Part shown: positions 36,886-47,143 of the stretch, piece after piece | Position numbering within the stretch: the first letter of the stretch is position 1 | Layout: each line of letters starts with the position of its first letter | Origin: Gemmatimonadota bacterium | Lineage (GTDB): Bacteria > Gemmatimonadota > Gemmatimonadetes > Gemmatimonadales > GWC2-71-9 | DNA length: 64,000 bases | Reading direction: 5' to 3' | Assembly (NCBI GenBank): GCA_043744895.1 | Contig: JAYTTT010000379.1 | Span: 59,745-123,744 of the forward strand | Translations under genes and position numbers: made by a program | The notes under the pieces: model-generated | Told to the model about the DNA's origin: nothing | Database searches by the model: none | What the model saw: the letters and a program-made list of their open reading frames with translations, nothing else

Positions 36886-37788
36886 GTCGCGGCTGTAGCT
36901 GAATTTGTGACCTTGGTTCAGCTGGACTAGCTGCTGGAGCTGCTTCTGGATGGTAATCGCTGCTTGCTGCTGGGTCGGGACCACCAGGTAACGGGCCTTC
37001 GGGTTCGGATCGAACAACGCGTGGAGCGCGGCCTCGGCCACGTCGTCCGGCTCCGGGTCGCGCGACTCGGCGGACACCGAATTCAGGAGGCCCTTGAGCT
37101 CCTTCTCGAACATCGAGCCCTCAATCTTCTGGCCCCGCTCCTTCATCTGCCGGACCACGTTCTTGCCCATTTCGGATTGGTAGTTGCCGGGTTCGATGAC
37201 GCTGACCTTGACCCCGACTCGCGACATTTCGGCGGCAAGGGCGTCGGTGTAGGCCTCGACCGCGTGCTTGCTCATGGCGTAGACGCCGAGGAGGGGACCG
37301 GAGAGGATCCCGGAGATGGAGCCAGTGGTGACGACCCGGCCCTTGGAGGCGATGAGGAGCTTGCTGAAGGCTTTGGTGACGCGTTGGGGGCCAAGGACGT
37401 TGACGTCGAAGACGAAGTTCAGGTCGGCGTCCTCGGTCTCGATCAGCGGCCCGACGACTGCGACGCCGGCGTTGTTGACGACGCCGTAGAGGCCGCGACC
37501 GGCTTTCTCGACGGTCGCGACCGCGGCGGCGATGTCGTCCTTGGAGGTGACGTCGAGCTTGAGGGGCTGAACGTTCTTGATGGTGGCGAGGTCCTTCAAG
37601 TCCTGTTCTTTGCGGGCGCCGGCGTAGACGAAGTAGCCCTTCGAGGCGAGGAGCTCGGTCATCTTGCGGCCGATGCCGGTGCTGGCGCCGGTAACGAGGA
37701 CGGCTTGCTGGGCGGTGGGGGCGCTCTGGGCACCGGCTGGTATGGACGAGACGCCCAGGGCGAACAGAACGGCGATCGGTCGAGTCAT
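36841..37788 (-). CDS. Short-chain dehydrogenase/reductase with N-terminal signal peptide
   Basis: TGASTGIG, NNAG, YAMSK and IEPG motifs, preceded by MTRPIAVLFALGVSSIPAGAQS. Confidence 0.92.
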   Translation of the reverse strand: MTRPIAVLFALGVSSIPAGAQSAPTAQQAVLVTGASTGIGRKMTELLASKGYFVYAGARKEQDLKDLATIKNVQPLKLDVTSKDDIAAAVATVEKAGRGLYGVVNNAGVAVVGPLIETEDADLNFVFDVNVLGPQRVTKAFSKLLIASKGRVVTTGSISGILSGPLLGVYAMSKHAVEAYTDALAAEMSRVGVKVSVIEPGNYQSEMGKNVVRQMKERGQKIEGSMFEKELKGLLNSVSAESRDPEPDDVAEAALHALFDPNPKARYLVVPTQQQAAITIQKQLQQLVQLNQGHKFSYSRDSLVAMLDRALARVQ

Positions 37789-37862
37789 GGTTATTGGCAG
37801 AGGGGTTGGAGGTACCAGAAGGTAGCCGGACCAGCGCCTGGCGGCTGCCTTATATTTGTGCG

Positions 37863-38344
37863 ATGTCGATCTTGAGCGGCAAGGCAAACGACGTGGTGAC
37901 CGGAGCCGCCACCTACACCAACGCCCTCCTCGCTCGCCTCGGCGACCGGGACCCGCTGGTTGTCCTTGGCGAAGGCCCTGCCGCTTTGCGGAGCGCCACT
38001 GCCGGCTTGAGCACCGCCACTCTCAACCGAGCCGAAACACCGGGAAAATGGTCCATTCTCCAGGTGGTGCAGCACCTCGCGGATGCCGAATGGGTCGTGG
38101 GATATCGGATCCGCACGATTCTCACCCAGGACCAGACGACCTCAATGAAATTCTTGCCCGGTTCAACGACCTCCGTCGAGCGACGCTCCGGCTGGTCACC
38201 AACGCCACCCCCGAGCAACGGGCCCGGTTCGGCGTCCACGAGGAGCGCGGCCCGGAAAGCGTCGAGCGCACCTACCGGCTTCTCGCAGCCCACGACCTGG
38301 TCCACCTCGATCAGATCGCCAGGATCCGCGCCGCCGTCGAATAG
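37863..38344 (+). pseudogene. DinB/YfiT-family protein split by an internal deletion and frameshift near 38135
   Basis: One frame gives GKWSILQVVQHLADAEWVVGYRIRTILTQDQ; another continues DDLNEILARF...GVHEERGPES...AAHDLVHLDQI*. The segment that usually lies between them is missing. Confidence 0.8.
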
Positions 38345-38410
38345 CCCCACCCGCCCACGGCCCTTCCCGGTCGGGCCCCGATTGCACTAGGTTCCCCGAT
38401 CCTCCAGGAG

Positions 38411-39571
38411 ATGGCAATGCTTCGGACTGCACTCAAAACGGCGGCGATATCCGCCCTCGTGGCCGGCCCGGCTTACGGCCAGGCCAACGTTCACCGTTCG
38501 GCCCAGCACGATTTCCGGATCGTCCCGGTCGTCGACGGCTTGATGAACCCGTGGTCGATCGCCTTCCTGCCCGGGGGCGACATGCTGGTGACTGAGCGGC
38601 CGGGGCGGCTTCGGATCGTGAGGAAGGGCAAACTCCTCGTGGCCCCGGTCCCAGGCGTTCCCCAGGTCATGGCGCGGGGCCAAGGTGGTCTGCTCGACAT
38701 CGCGCTCCATCCGAACTTCGCGTCGAACCACCTCATATATCTGAGCTATTCGAAGCCCACGGGTGACAGCTCCGCCACCACGGCCGTGGCGCGGGGCCGG
38801 TTCGAAAACGATCGCCTCACGGGGGTGGAGGATGTCTTCGTGGCGGTGACCAAGGGCGCACCCGGCCATTTCGGGTCGCGGCTGGCCTTCGATAAGGACG
38901 GTTTCTTGTTCATCACCGTCGGCGATCGGATGGTTCCCCCGGCCGGCGACCTCGCGGCCCATCCGGCGCAGGATATCACCAACCACCACGGGACGATCAA
39001 CCGGATCCTCGATGACGGCAAGGTCCCGCCCGACAACCCGTTCGTCGGGAAGGCCGGAGCCAGGCCCGAGATCTGGACCTACGGTCACCGGAACCCGCAG
39101 GGTCTGGTGATCGATCCGGCCACCGGCGAGGTCTGGGCCACCGAGCACGGGCCGCAGGGCGGTGATGAGCTGAACAATATCCGGAAGGGCTTGAACTACG
39201 GCTGGCCGGTGATCGGCTTTGGCGTCAACTACGGGACCGGGGCGGCGATTCACAGCGGCACCCACAAGGCTGGGATGGAACAACCCGCGGTGGTGTGGGT
39301 CCCGTCGATCGGGATCTCAGGCGCGATGATCTATACCGGGGACAAGTTCCCGGGCTGGAAGGGCAGTCTGTTCGTGGGTGGGCTGTCCGGCGACCGGCTC
39401 GACCGGGTTACCCTGAACGGCCAGAAGGCTGAGCTCACCGAGATTCTGTTTCGAAGGCAGGGCCGGATCCGGTATGTCAAGCAGGGGCCGGATGGATTCA
39501 TTTACCTGGCCATCGACGGGGAGAACAAGCCGACGGCGGTCGTGAGGCTGGAGCCGGTGGCGCGGCGCTGA
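38411..39571 (+). CDS. PQQ-dependent soluble sugar dehydrogenase (GSDH/YliI family)
   Basis: PWSIAFLP, GQGGLLD, HFGSRL, YGHRNPQG, EHGPQGGDELN and NYGWP motifs. Confidence 0.93.
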   Translation: MAMLRTALKTAAISALVAGPAYGQANVHRSAQHDFRIVPVVDGLMNPWSIAFLPGGDMLVTERPGRLRIVRKGKLLVAPVPGVPQVMARGQGGLLDIALHPNFASNHLIYLSYSKPTGDSSATTAVARGRFENDRLTGVEDVFVAVTKGAPGHFGSRLAFDKDGFLFITVGDRMVPPAGDLAAHPAQDITNHHGTINRILDDGKVPPDNPFVGKAGARPEIWTYGHRNPQGLVIDPATGEVWATEHGPQGGDELNNIRKGLNYGWPVIGFGVNYGTGAAIHSGTHKAGMEQPAVVWVPSIGISGAMIYTGDKFPGWKGSLFVGGLSGDRLDRVTLNGQKAELTEILFRRQGRIRYVKQGPDGFIYLAIDGENKPTAVVRLEPVARR

Positions 39572-39581
39572 TTAGTGCGCA

Positions 39582-39632
39582 CGCGGAGTCGCGGAGGACG
39601 CGGAGGAAGGAGGGCTTCCGGAACGAACCTTC
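39582..39632. repeat. Intergenic CGCGGAG x3 repeat followed by a GGAAGG/CCTTCC hairpin
   Basis: CGCGGAG at 39582, 39590 and 39599; stem arms at 39605-39610 and 39627-39632. Confidence 0.5.
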
Positions 39633-39678
39633 CGCCCCCCCGCTCGAGGCGATATGTTCGCGGTACGGAGGTATCATC

Positions 39679-40092
39679 ATGAGCACCACCTACGACGCCA
39701 TCGCGTCAAACATCGCGGCCGTGAACGTGAGCGGCTCCACGGTTCAAGTAACATGGCAGTGCCCGGAAACCGGCCGGCGGATGGGCGAATCCTCGGCGAA
39801 CATGCAAGCTGACGCGTCGGTCGGCGGCAGAGTTCAGTCCACGGTCAAGCGCAGCATCGTCTCCGAGGTGACGTCCGGCGCGGCCCGGTTCATCGGCAAT
39901 CTGTTGGGCGGCTCCGCTGGACGGGTGGTTCGCGATGCCGCGAACACCGCCGCCTCGGATCTGCGGAACAAAGCCGACTCGACCATGGAATACTCCGAGG
40001 CCAGCCGGCGGGCGGCGATCGTCGCCGCGTTCGCCTCGGTCGAGTCATCCTTCCAATGGGATGACCGGAAGCAACGGTTCCGGGCCAGGTAG
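39679..40092 (+). CDS. Hypothetical protein
   Basis: GGAGG RBS; 137 aa ORF filling the intergenic gap; glycine-rich amphipathic centre. Confidence 0.7.
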   Translation: MSTTYDAIASNIAAVNVSGSTVQVTWQCPETGRRMGESSANMQADASVGGRVQSTVKRSIVSEVTSGAARFIGNLLGGSAGRVVRDAANTAASDLRNKADSTMEYSEASRRAAIVAAFASVESSFQWDDRKQRFRAR

Positions 40093-40103
40093 GCCGGAGC
40101 CGT

Positions 40104-40895
40104 TCAGCTCGGGACCAGCGCAAGCACTCGAAGCGGACTCCCGGATCCGTTGACGATCTTGAGCGGCGGTGCGATCACCACCGCTCCAGTCGGCGGTAGT
40201 TGGTCGAGATTCATCAGGCTCGCGAGGCCGAACTTATTGGACCCGTGCATGAGGGTATGGCACGGGTACATCGGATCGAACGTAAAAGCCTGACCCGCGT
40301 CGGTGCCGACGGTTTCCACGCCCACGCCGAGAATGTCGCGCTCGGTGGCCAACAGGGCCACGCACTTCGGGTCGAGCCCCGGGGTATGCGAGCCGTCTTC
40401 CTTGATATTCAGAAACTGCTTCGCATCAGTGCGTCGGGACCAATCGGTCCGGATCAGAACCCAGGCGTGAGCCGGAATCCGCCCATACCGTTCCTCCCAG
40501 GCTAGGACCTGCTCGGTCGTCAACAACGAGTCGGGATTGGTTCGCACGTGCTCGGAGACGTCGATCACGCACGCTGGGCCGATGAACCGGTCGACCGCGA
40601 TACTGTGGGTCGCGTTGTTCGGATAGTCCTTCCCGGTGACCCAGTGAACCGGGGCGTCGAAATGGGTCCCGGTGTGCTCGCCGCAGGAGAGATTGTTCCA
40701 GTACCACCCGGGGCCCCGCTCGTCGTAGCGAGAAATTTCCTCGAGCGAAAATCCCTTGGACGCGCCAAATTGGGGCGGAAGTTGAATGACCGCCGTGGCC
40801 GGTTCGAGCGGGACGGTGAGATCGACTACTCGGATGGTGCCGCTGACGATCCCCGCGGCCAGGGCGGTCAATGTTTCAGAGGGTTGAGTGGCCAC
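40104..40895 (-). CDS. Cyclase family hydrolase, isatin hydrolase-like
   Basis: WYWNNLSCGEHTGTHFDAPVHWVTGKD, GVETVGTDAGQ and GSGSPLRVLAL; last gene of the operon. Confidence 0.85.
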   Translation of the reverse strand: MATQPSETLTALAAGIVSGTIRVVDLTVPLEPATAVIQLPPQFGASKGFSLEEISRYDERGPGWYWNNLSCGEHTGTHFDAPVHWVTGKDYPNNATHSIAVDRFIGPACVIDVSEHVRTNPDSLLTTEQVLAWEERYGRIPAHAWVLIRTDWSRRTDAKQFLNIKEDGSHTPGLDPKCVALLATERDILGVGVETVGTDAGQAFTFDPMYPCHTLMHGSNKFGLASLMNLDQLPPTGAVVIAPPLKIVNGSGSPLRVLALVPS

Positions 40896-40926
40896 GGCTA
40901 CTCCTCGGGTTGGGTACGAAGGAATT

Positions 40927-41325
40927 TCATTCGGGATCCGGTACGACAGCCGTCGCTTCGATTTCGACCTTGGCGCCGGCCTCGATCAGCGCGGCCACCT
41001 GCACCACCGACATCGCCGGAAAGTTCTTGCCCATGACCGCCCGATAGGCGCGGCCGATGTCGGCCAATTGTTCCTGATACTCGTCACAACTGGTGATGTA
41101 CCAGGTGAGGCGGACCACGTGCTCGGGTCCCGCCGCCGCCACGGCCAGGACGGCGACGACGTTTTCGAGCGCCTGGCGGACCTGATCGCTCAGGCGAAGG
41201 CTCTGGAATTGGCCCGCGCCATCCCAGCCGACCTGGCCCGCGACGAACACCTGGCGGCCGCGCGCCTCGATCCCGTTGCTGTAACCCTTCGGTCGCACCC
41301 ATTCGGGTGGTTGGAGCACTTTCAT
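40927..41325 (-). CDS. RidA/YjgF family protein
   Basis: PKGYSNG, AGQVG, FPAMS and VEIEATA motifs. Confidence 0.92.
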   Translation of the reverse strand: MKVLQPPEWVRPKGYSNGIEARGRQVFVAGQVGWDGAGQFQSLRLSDQVRQALENVVAVLAVAAAGPEHVVRLTWYITSCDEYQEQLADIGRAYRAVMGKNFPAMSVVQVAALIEAGAKVEIEATAVVPDPE

Positions 41326-42521
41326 GACTTCGCTGCCTCCGCCAGGAGTTCTCGACCAATGATCAGCTGCTGAATTTCGGTGGCGCCTTCGTAAATCCGG
41401 AGGGCCCGGATGTCGCGGTAGAGCCGTTCGAGGACCCCACCGTGCACGACCCCTCGGCCACCGAACATCTGCAAGGCGCGGTCGATGACACGCTGCGCGG
41501 ATTCGGTCGCCGTCATTTTCGCCATCGCCGCTTCTTTCGTGACCCGTTCGCCGCGGTCTCGCATCCAGGCGGCCCGATAGGTGAGCAAACGGGCCGCGTC
41601 GAGTTCGGTCGCCATCTGAGCCAGGGCGACCTGAGTGAGTTGAAAATCCGCCAAGGTCCGGCCGAACATCCGGCGGGTCGTTGCGTGGGCAACCGCCTCA
41701 TCGAGTGCTCGCTGGGCAAAGCCGAGCGCGGCCGCCGCCACCGAGGTGCGAAACACATCGAGGGTTCGCATCGCGATCTTGAACCCTTCGCCTTCCGCCC
41801 CCAGCCGATGGGTTACCGGCACTCGGCACTGGTGAAAGGCCAGGGTCGCCAGCGGGTGGGGGGCCATGACATCAATTCGCTCGGCGATCGAGAGGCCCGG
41901 GCTGTCGGCATTGACCACGAACCCGGTGATACCCTGGGCGGCAGTCGTCCCATCGGCTCGTCGCTCGCCGGGACTGGTGCGAGCAAAGACGCAGTAGAAG
42001 TCCGCGATCCCGCCGTTGGAAATCCAGGTCTTTGACCCGTCGAGCACGTAGGCATTTCCATCGAGCCGGGCGCTACACCGCATCGCGGCAACATCGGATC
42101 CCGCATCGGTCTCCGAGAGCGCGAACGCCGCGAGGGCCTCGCCACTTGCTACTCTCGGTAAGTAAGTGTGCTGGAGATCCACCGAGCCAGCCAGCGAGAT
42201 GGCCCCGCTGCCGAGGCCCTGCATCGCGAAGGCAAAGTCCGCCAGGCCGTCGCGGGCTGCCAATGCCTCACGAATCAGCGAGATCGCCCGGACGTCGAAC
42301 TCGGGCAGGATGCCGCCGTGCTCAGCCCGGACACAATACCCCGTCAGGCCGGCCGCGCCGAGTTGGCGGACATGCCGGATGCACGCCGCGTCCACGTCGG
42401 GCCGGGCGTCCGGATGCACCGGGCCATCGAGATGCTCGGCCGACCAGGCCGCTACGCGGGCGGCGAGTTCGCGGTGGTGGGCGTCGAAGAACGGCCAGTC
42501 GAGATAGGCAGCGGCGGCCAT
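41322..42521 (-). CDS. Acyl-CoA dehydrogenase
   Basis: [26 protein letters not shown] and IYEGATEIQ motifs. Confidence 0.93.
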   Translation of the reverse strand: MAAAAYLDWPFFDAHHRELAARVAAWSAEHLDGPVHPDARPDVDAACIRHVRQLGAAGLTGYCVRAEHGGILPEFDVRAISLIREALAARDGLADFAFAMQGLGSGAISLAGSVDLQHTYLPRVASGEALAAFALSETDAGSDVAAMRCSARLDGNAYVLDGSKTWISNGGIADFYCVFARTSPGERRADGTTAAQGITGFVVNADSPGLSIAERIDVMAPHPLATLAFHQCRVPVTHRLGAEGEGFKIAMRTLDVFRTSVAAAALGFAQRALDEAVAHATTRRMFGRTLADFQLTQVALAQMATELDAARLLTYRAAWMRDRGERVTKEAAMAKMTATESAQRVIDRALQMFGGRGVVHGGVLERLYRDIRALRIYEGATEIQQLIIGRELLAEAAKS

Positions 42522-42527
42522 GGGGTC

Positions 42528-43337
42528 CTAGTTGCCCTCGAAAACAGGCTGGCTCTTGGCCGCGAAGGCCCGATACGCCCGGCGAAAATCTTCGGTCTGC
42601 ATGCAGATCGCCTGGGCCTCCGCTTCGGCCTCGAGCGCGTCGTCGATCGACAGGGCCCACTCCTGATGGAGCATCCGCTTGGTCATCGCATGCGCGAAAC
42701 TCGGACCTCGCGCCAGCGCCGCCGCCATCGCGACCGCATCGGCGCGGAGGGCCGCCGGCGCCACGAGGCGATTGAAGAAGCCCCAGGCCAAACCCTCCTC
42801 GGCGGTCATCGAGCGGCCGGTGAACAACAGCTCCGAGGCCCGGCCCTGACCGATGATTCGGGGGAGGATCGCGCAGGCTCCCATATCGCAGCCGGCGAGC
42901 CCAACCCGGGTAAACAGGAATGCCGTTCGGGTCGCGGCCGTGGCGATTCGAATGTCCGATACCATGGCGAGAATGGCCCCGGCACCCGCGCAGACTCCGT
43001 CGACCGCGGCGATCACCGGCTGGGGACAGGCCCGGATGGCCCGGACAAGATCGCCGGTCATCCGGGTAAAGGCCAGCAGCTCCTTCATGCTCATCCGGGT
43101 CAGCGGCGCGATGATGTCATGGACGTCGCCGCCGGAACAGAAGTTCCCGCCGGCACCGGTCACGACGACGCTTTTCACCCCATCAGCCGTGGCGAGGTTT
43201 CGAAACAGCTCGCGAAGTTCGGCATAGGAGTCGAACGTCAACGGGTTCTTGCGCTCAGGCCGGTTCAGCGTGATGACGCCGACCTGGTCCTCAACTTGCC
43301 AGAGGAAGTGGCGCGGCGTGTAGTGGTCGAGTTCCAT
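42528..43337 (-). CDS. Enoyl-CoA hydratase/isomerase family protein
   Basis: [23 protein letters not shown] and GLAGCDMG motifs. Confidence 0.93.
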   Translation of the reverse strand: MELDHYTPRHFLWQVEDQVGVITLNRPERKNPLTFDSYAELRELFRNLATADGVKSVVVTGAGGNFCSGGDVHDIIAPLTRMSMKELLAFTRMTGDLVRAIRACPQPVIAAVDGVCAGAGAILAMVSDIRIATAATRTAFLFTRVGLAGCDMGACAILPRIIGQGRASELLFTGRSMTAEEGLAWGFFNRLVAPAALRADAVAMAAALARGPSFAHAMTKRMLHQEWALSIDDALEAEAEAQAICMQTEDFRRAYRAFAAKSQPVFEGN

Positions 43338-43352
43338 TCGATCTCCAAGCAA

Positions 43353-45623
43353 TCAGGTCGTGCCGCGCATGAGGTTGCGCTCCAGCTGCGCTTTCCCCGC
43401 GAGGTAAGGATCCGGCCACCACTGGTCGTGATACTGCTGGCCGGCGGCCGCCTCCAGGGTCCAGGCTGGATTCGTCAGGTGCGGCCGGGCGAGCGCGCAA
43501 AGGTCGGCTCGGCCCGCGGCAATGATCGAATTTACGTGGTCAGCTTCGGAGATGTTGCCGACCGCGATGGTTGGAATGCCGACCTCGTTCCGAATCTTGT
43601 CGGAGAAGCTGGTCTGCCACATTCGCCCGTAGACCGGGTGCTGGTCGGGAACGGTTTGACCCGTCGAGACGTCGAGCACATCGGCGCCCGCCGCCTTGAG
43701 CGCCTGGGCGATGACGATCAGATCACCGTCCGTCAGGCCGCCCTCCATCCAGTCGCTGGCTGAGATCCGGACCGAGAGCGGACGGTCCCGGGGCCAAATT
43801 GCCCGGACGGCGGCGAGGACCTCGAGGGGGTATCGGAGCCGATTCTCGACCCCGCCGCCGAACTTATCGTCGCGCTGATTGGTGAGCGGCGAAAGGAAGC
43901 TGCCGAGGAGGTAGCCATGGGCCATGTGGAGCTGGAGCATATCGAAGCCGGTGTCGAGTCCCATCCGCGCGGCCGACCCGAACTCGTCGCGCACCATGTC
44001 CATGTCCGCCTGGTTCATTGCCTCCGGGCGTTGGCTGATGCCGGGAAGGTACGGCAGCGGCGAGGGCGCGAGCACCGGCCAGTTGCCGGTCTTGAGCGGG
44101 CGGTCGATCTCCTCCCAGCCGACTTGGGTGGAGCCTTTGCGGCCGGAATGACCCAACTGGAGGCAGATCTTGGCGATCGAGTGGCCATGCACGAAGTCGA
44201 CGATTCGGCGCCAGGCTTCGCGCTGGGTCTCGTTCCAGAGGCCGGTGCATCCGGGCGTGATCCGGCCCCGGGGCGAGACACAGGTCATCTCGGTGAACAC
44301 GAGCCCGGCCCCGCCGACCGCCCGAGCGCCGTAATGCATCAGGTGCCAGTCGTCCGGTACCCCATCCTTCGCCCGGTACTGCGCCATCGGCGAGACGACC
44401 ACTCGGTTGGCGAGCCGCATCCCCGCCAGGACGAACGGTAGAAACATCGGCGGCCGTGCCACCGCCCCGACCCCGTGCCGGGCGCCAAGCCAGCGTTCAT
44501 AGCGTTCGACAAACCCGGGATCGCGAACCTTCAAATTGGCGTGGCCGATCCGCTGACTGCCGGTGAGCAAGGTATAGGCAAACTGCGGCGGCTCGAGCTT
44601 GACGTAGCGGGCAACGTTCTCGAACCACTCCATTCGGTTGCGGGCCGCGCTCTGGAGCTTGAGCGCCTCGAGACTCCGCTCCGCCTGATAGACCTCGAGC
44701 CCCTGACCGACCTCGGCTGCGTGAGCCACCCGGCCAACCAGCGAGATCGCGTCTTCCATCGCGAGCTTGGTTCCGGAGCCGATCGCGAAGTGCGCGGTAT
44801 GCGCGGCATCCCCGATCAGGACGATGTTGTCATGGTGCCATTGGCGGCAGACCACCCGTTTGAAGTTGAGCCACGCCGATCCGCCCAGGTGCGGCGCGTT
44901 GCTCAGCAACCGGTGGCCGCCCAAGTATTTGGCGAAGAGCCGGGCACAGAACTCGATCGAGTCGTCAGCGGTACTCTGGTCGAGGCCGTGGGCCCGCCAG
45001 GTTTCCTCGCGGGTTTCGACGATGACGGTCGAGAGATCCTCACTGAATTGGTAGGCGTGGATCTGGAACCAGCCGTGCTCGGTCTCTTCGAAGGCGAAGG
45101 TGAAGGCGGCAAACGTTTGCCGGGTCCCGAGCCAGATGAAGCGGCACTTGCGAACGTCGATATCCGGTTGGAACACCGCGGCGAACCGGGTCCGCACCTG
45201 GCTGTTCACACCGTCCGCGGCGATGACCAGGTCGGCGTCGCGGAAGGGCGCCAGATCGTCGCATGCCGACTCGAAGTGCTGGACGACACCGAGCCGATGG
45301 GCCCGGTCCTGGAGAATGTTTAGGAGCCGCCGCCGGCTGATGCCGGAAAAGCCGTGGCCCCCGGAGCGGAGCGTCTCACCCCGGAAATGAACATCGATGT
45401 CGTCCCAGTGATAGAAGCTCGCGACGATCGCCGCATGGGACTCAGCATCCGCGGCCTGAAAGCCCGCCATGGTCTGGTCGGAAAAGACCACCCCCCAGCC
45501 GAAGGTGTCATCCGGCCGGTTGCGCTCGAAGACCTCGACCTTCGCTGCCGGGACGGATTTCTTCAGCAGGATTGCCGTATAAAGCCCGGCCGGGCCACCG
45601 CCGAGACACACCACGCGTTTCAT
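43353..45623 (-). CDS. abmA: Anthraniloyl-CoA monooxygenase/reductase (bifunctional salicylyl-CoA 5-hydroxylase/oxidoreductase family)
   Basis: N-terminal FAD monooxygenase ([32 protein letters not shown]) fused to an old-yellow-enzyme domain ([14 protein letters not shown]). Confidence 0.9.
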   Translation of the reverse strand: MKRVVCLGGGPAGLYTAILLKKSVPAAKVEVFERNRPDDTFGWGVVFSDQTMAGFQAADAESHAAIVASFYHWDDIDVHFRGETLRSGGHGFSGISRRRLLNILQDRAHRLGVVQHFESACDDLAPFRDADLVIAADGVNSQVRTRFAAVFQPDIDVRKCRFIWLGTRQTFAAFTFAFEETEHGWFQIHAYQFSEDLSTVIVETREETWRAHGLDQSTADDSIEFCARLFAKYLGGHRLLSNAPHLGGSAWLNFKRVVCRQWHHDNIVLIGDAAHTAHFAIGSGTKLAMEDAISLVGRVAHAAEVGQGLEVYQAERSLEALKLQSAARNRMEWFENVARYVKLEPPQFAYTLLTGSQRIGHANLKVRDPGFVERYERWLGARHGVGAVARPPMFLPFVLAGMRLANRVVVSPMAQYRAKDGVPDDWHLMHYGARAVGGAGLVFTEMTCVSPRGRITPGCTGLWNETQREAWRRIVDFVHGHSIAKICLQLGHSGRKGSTQVGWEEIDRPLKTGNWPVLAPSPLPYLPGISQRPEAMNQADMDMVRDEFGSAARMGLDTGFDMLQLHMAHGYLLGSFLSPLTNQRDDKFGGGVENRLRYPLEVLAAVRAIWPRDRPLSVRISASDWMEGGLTDGDLIVIAQALKAAGADVLDVSTGQTVPDQHPVYGRMWQTSFSDKIRNEVGIPTIAVGNISEADHVNSIIAAGRADLCALARPHLTNPAWTLEAAAGQQYHDQWWPDPYLAGKAQLERNLMRGTT

Positions 45624-47143
45624 CGGGCCGGCCCGATGACCACGAGTTCCCGGCCCAGCGCCTCGCCCTCCTCGTCCCGGAGGGCCGCCTCGCGCCACCG
45701 ACGCAGGTCCTGGGCTCCGCCGGGCGTTCCGCCCTTGCCCCGCGCGGCCGCGATCACTCGTTCGAAGTTCCGCCAGCCCCGCGCATGGGTCTCGCCGTAG
45801 CCTTTGACGAGCTGCTGGCACTCCGCGATCTCGACGGCAAGATCGTAGTCCTCCGCTTGCACCGCGGCGACGTCGGCGAGCCAGCCGTCGATCCGATGCT
45901 GTTCCTCCGCAAACCTGAGGGTGCCCCGGCGCCACCGACCCAGCCAGGCCACGGTCCGAAGCAGGAGAAAGCCCGAGAGGGTCGAGGTTGAAATCTGCCG
46001 GTCTCGGGTCAGCCGGCCGAGGGCGCGGCTGACCCGGGGCGACGCGGAGGCGAAGCGCCCGAGACGAACCGGAAGGGTACCGCAGATTTCCTCGACGCCC
46101 GGCTTCATGAACTCGGTGACCTGGACGAGTTCCGCCGGCCCGGCCTGGACGTCCTCGCGAATCCGCCCGACCCGTTCGCCCCGGGTCTTGAGATCGGCGA
46201 CCCGGATCGTGTCTTCGAAGCTCATCCAGAGCGCGAGTCCCCGGGCCAGGCTATCGCTCAGCCGATAGCCGTGCGCCACGGTGTCATTGGCGCAGAACGG
46301 CGCTAAGCGATCAAGGTACGCGGTCGCATAGTCGAGGTCCTGGTAGTCGATGAGACGACGGAGGCCCGCGACCAGGACCGGCAGCAGAGTCGAAGGAAAG
46401 TCACCACGGGCCCGCTCCAGGAGCCGCTGCACGCCGGGATCGGCGGCCCGGTAGCTCGGCGGCGCTACTGGAACCGCCGCGACCCGGTTCGGTTCAACGG
46501 CGTTTCCCGGCATGGCGGCGGCACCCACGCCGGCCTCGAACGCCGCGAGACTTCGGTCGACCGCGATCCCCGTGTGCCGAATCGCTTCGCGATAGGAGTC
46601 GAGCGCGAACGGCAAGGTCTCCGATCCGGCGAGGCCCCCCAGCATGACCGCGCTGATGACGGCGTGATGTTGCTCGGCGACCGCGGCCATGTCGTAGGCG
46701 ATCAACCGCCGGGCGCTGGTCCGGGCGCTCGCCAGCAGCACCGTGTCATCGACCCGCTCGTCTCCGAGACCCGACTTTTCGCCGATCGTATAGGCCCGAT
46801 GGGTCGAGGTGATCAGCGTCGTCCGATCGGGGGTGACGAGACCGCGAAGGATCATCCGGCCGGCCTCGACCAGTTCCGACGCGACGACGACATCGACATC
46901 ACCGGGCTGCGGCATCAGCGCAAGCACCGGCTCCCGGCCATGCGTTGCCACCCCGGTGCGGGGGTAGAACTCGAGGTAGTAGATCGTGGCGCCGGTCCGT
47001 TGAGCCACCCCGGGAACCGAGGTCGACTGGACGATGAACCGTTCCCGGCGGGCCACCTCGATCAGCCAGTCGGCGACGACACCGCCACCCTGCCCGCCCA
47101 GCGCCGCAATGGTCAGCCTGATTGGTCGGTCGGGCCGGCTCAT
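45620..47143 (-). CDS. iorB: Indolepyruvate:ferredoxin oxidoreductase beta-subunit family protein (long form)
   Basis: [31 protein letters not shown] and LVKGYGETH motifs. Confidence 0.88.
   Translation of the reverse strand: MSRPDRPIRLTIAALGGQGGGVVADWLIEVARRERFIVQSTSVPGVAQRTGATIYYLEFYPRTGVATHGREPVLALMPQPGDVDVVVASELVEAGRMILRGLVTPDRTTLITSTHRAYTIGEKSGLGDERVDDTVLLASARTSARRLIAYDMAAVAEQHHAVISAVMLGGLAGSETLPFALDSYREAIRHTGIAVDRSLAAFEAGVGAAAMPGNAVEPNRVAAVPVAPPSYRAADPGVQRLLERARGDFPSTLLPVLVAGLRRLIDYQDLDYATAYLDRLAPFCANDTVAHGYRLSDSLARGLALWMSFEDTIRVADLKTRGERVGRIREDVQAGPAELVQVTEFMKPGVEEICGTLPVRLGRFASASPRVSRALGRLTRDRQISTSTLSGFLLLRTVAWLGRWRRGTLRFAEEQHRIDGWLADVAAVQAEDYDLAVEIAECQQLVKGYGETHARGWRNFERVIAAARGKGGTPGGAQDLRRWREAALRDEEGEALGRELVVIGPAR

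Noticed and set aside
38120-38150. Programmed ribosomal frameshift in the DinB gene
   Set aside because: No slippery heptamer, and conserved residues appear to be missing, which fits a deletion better.
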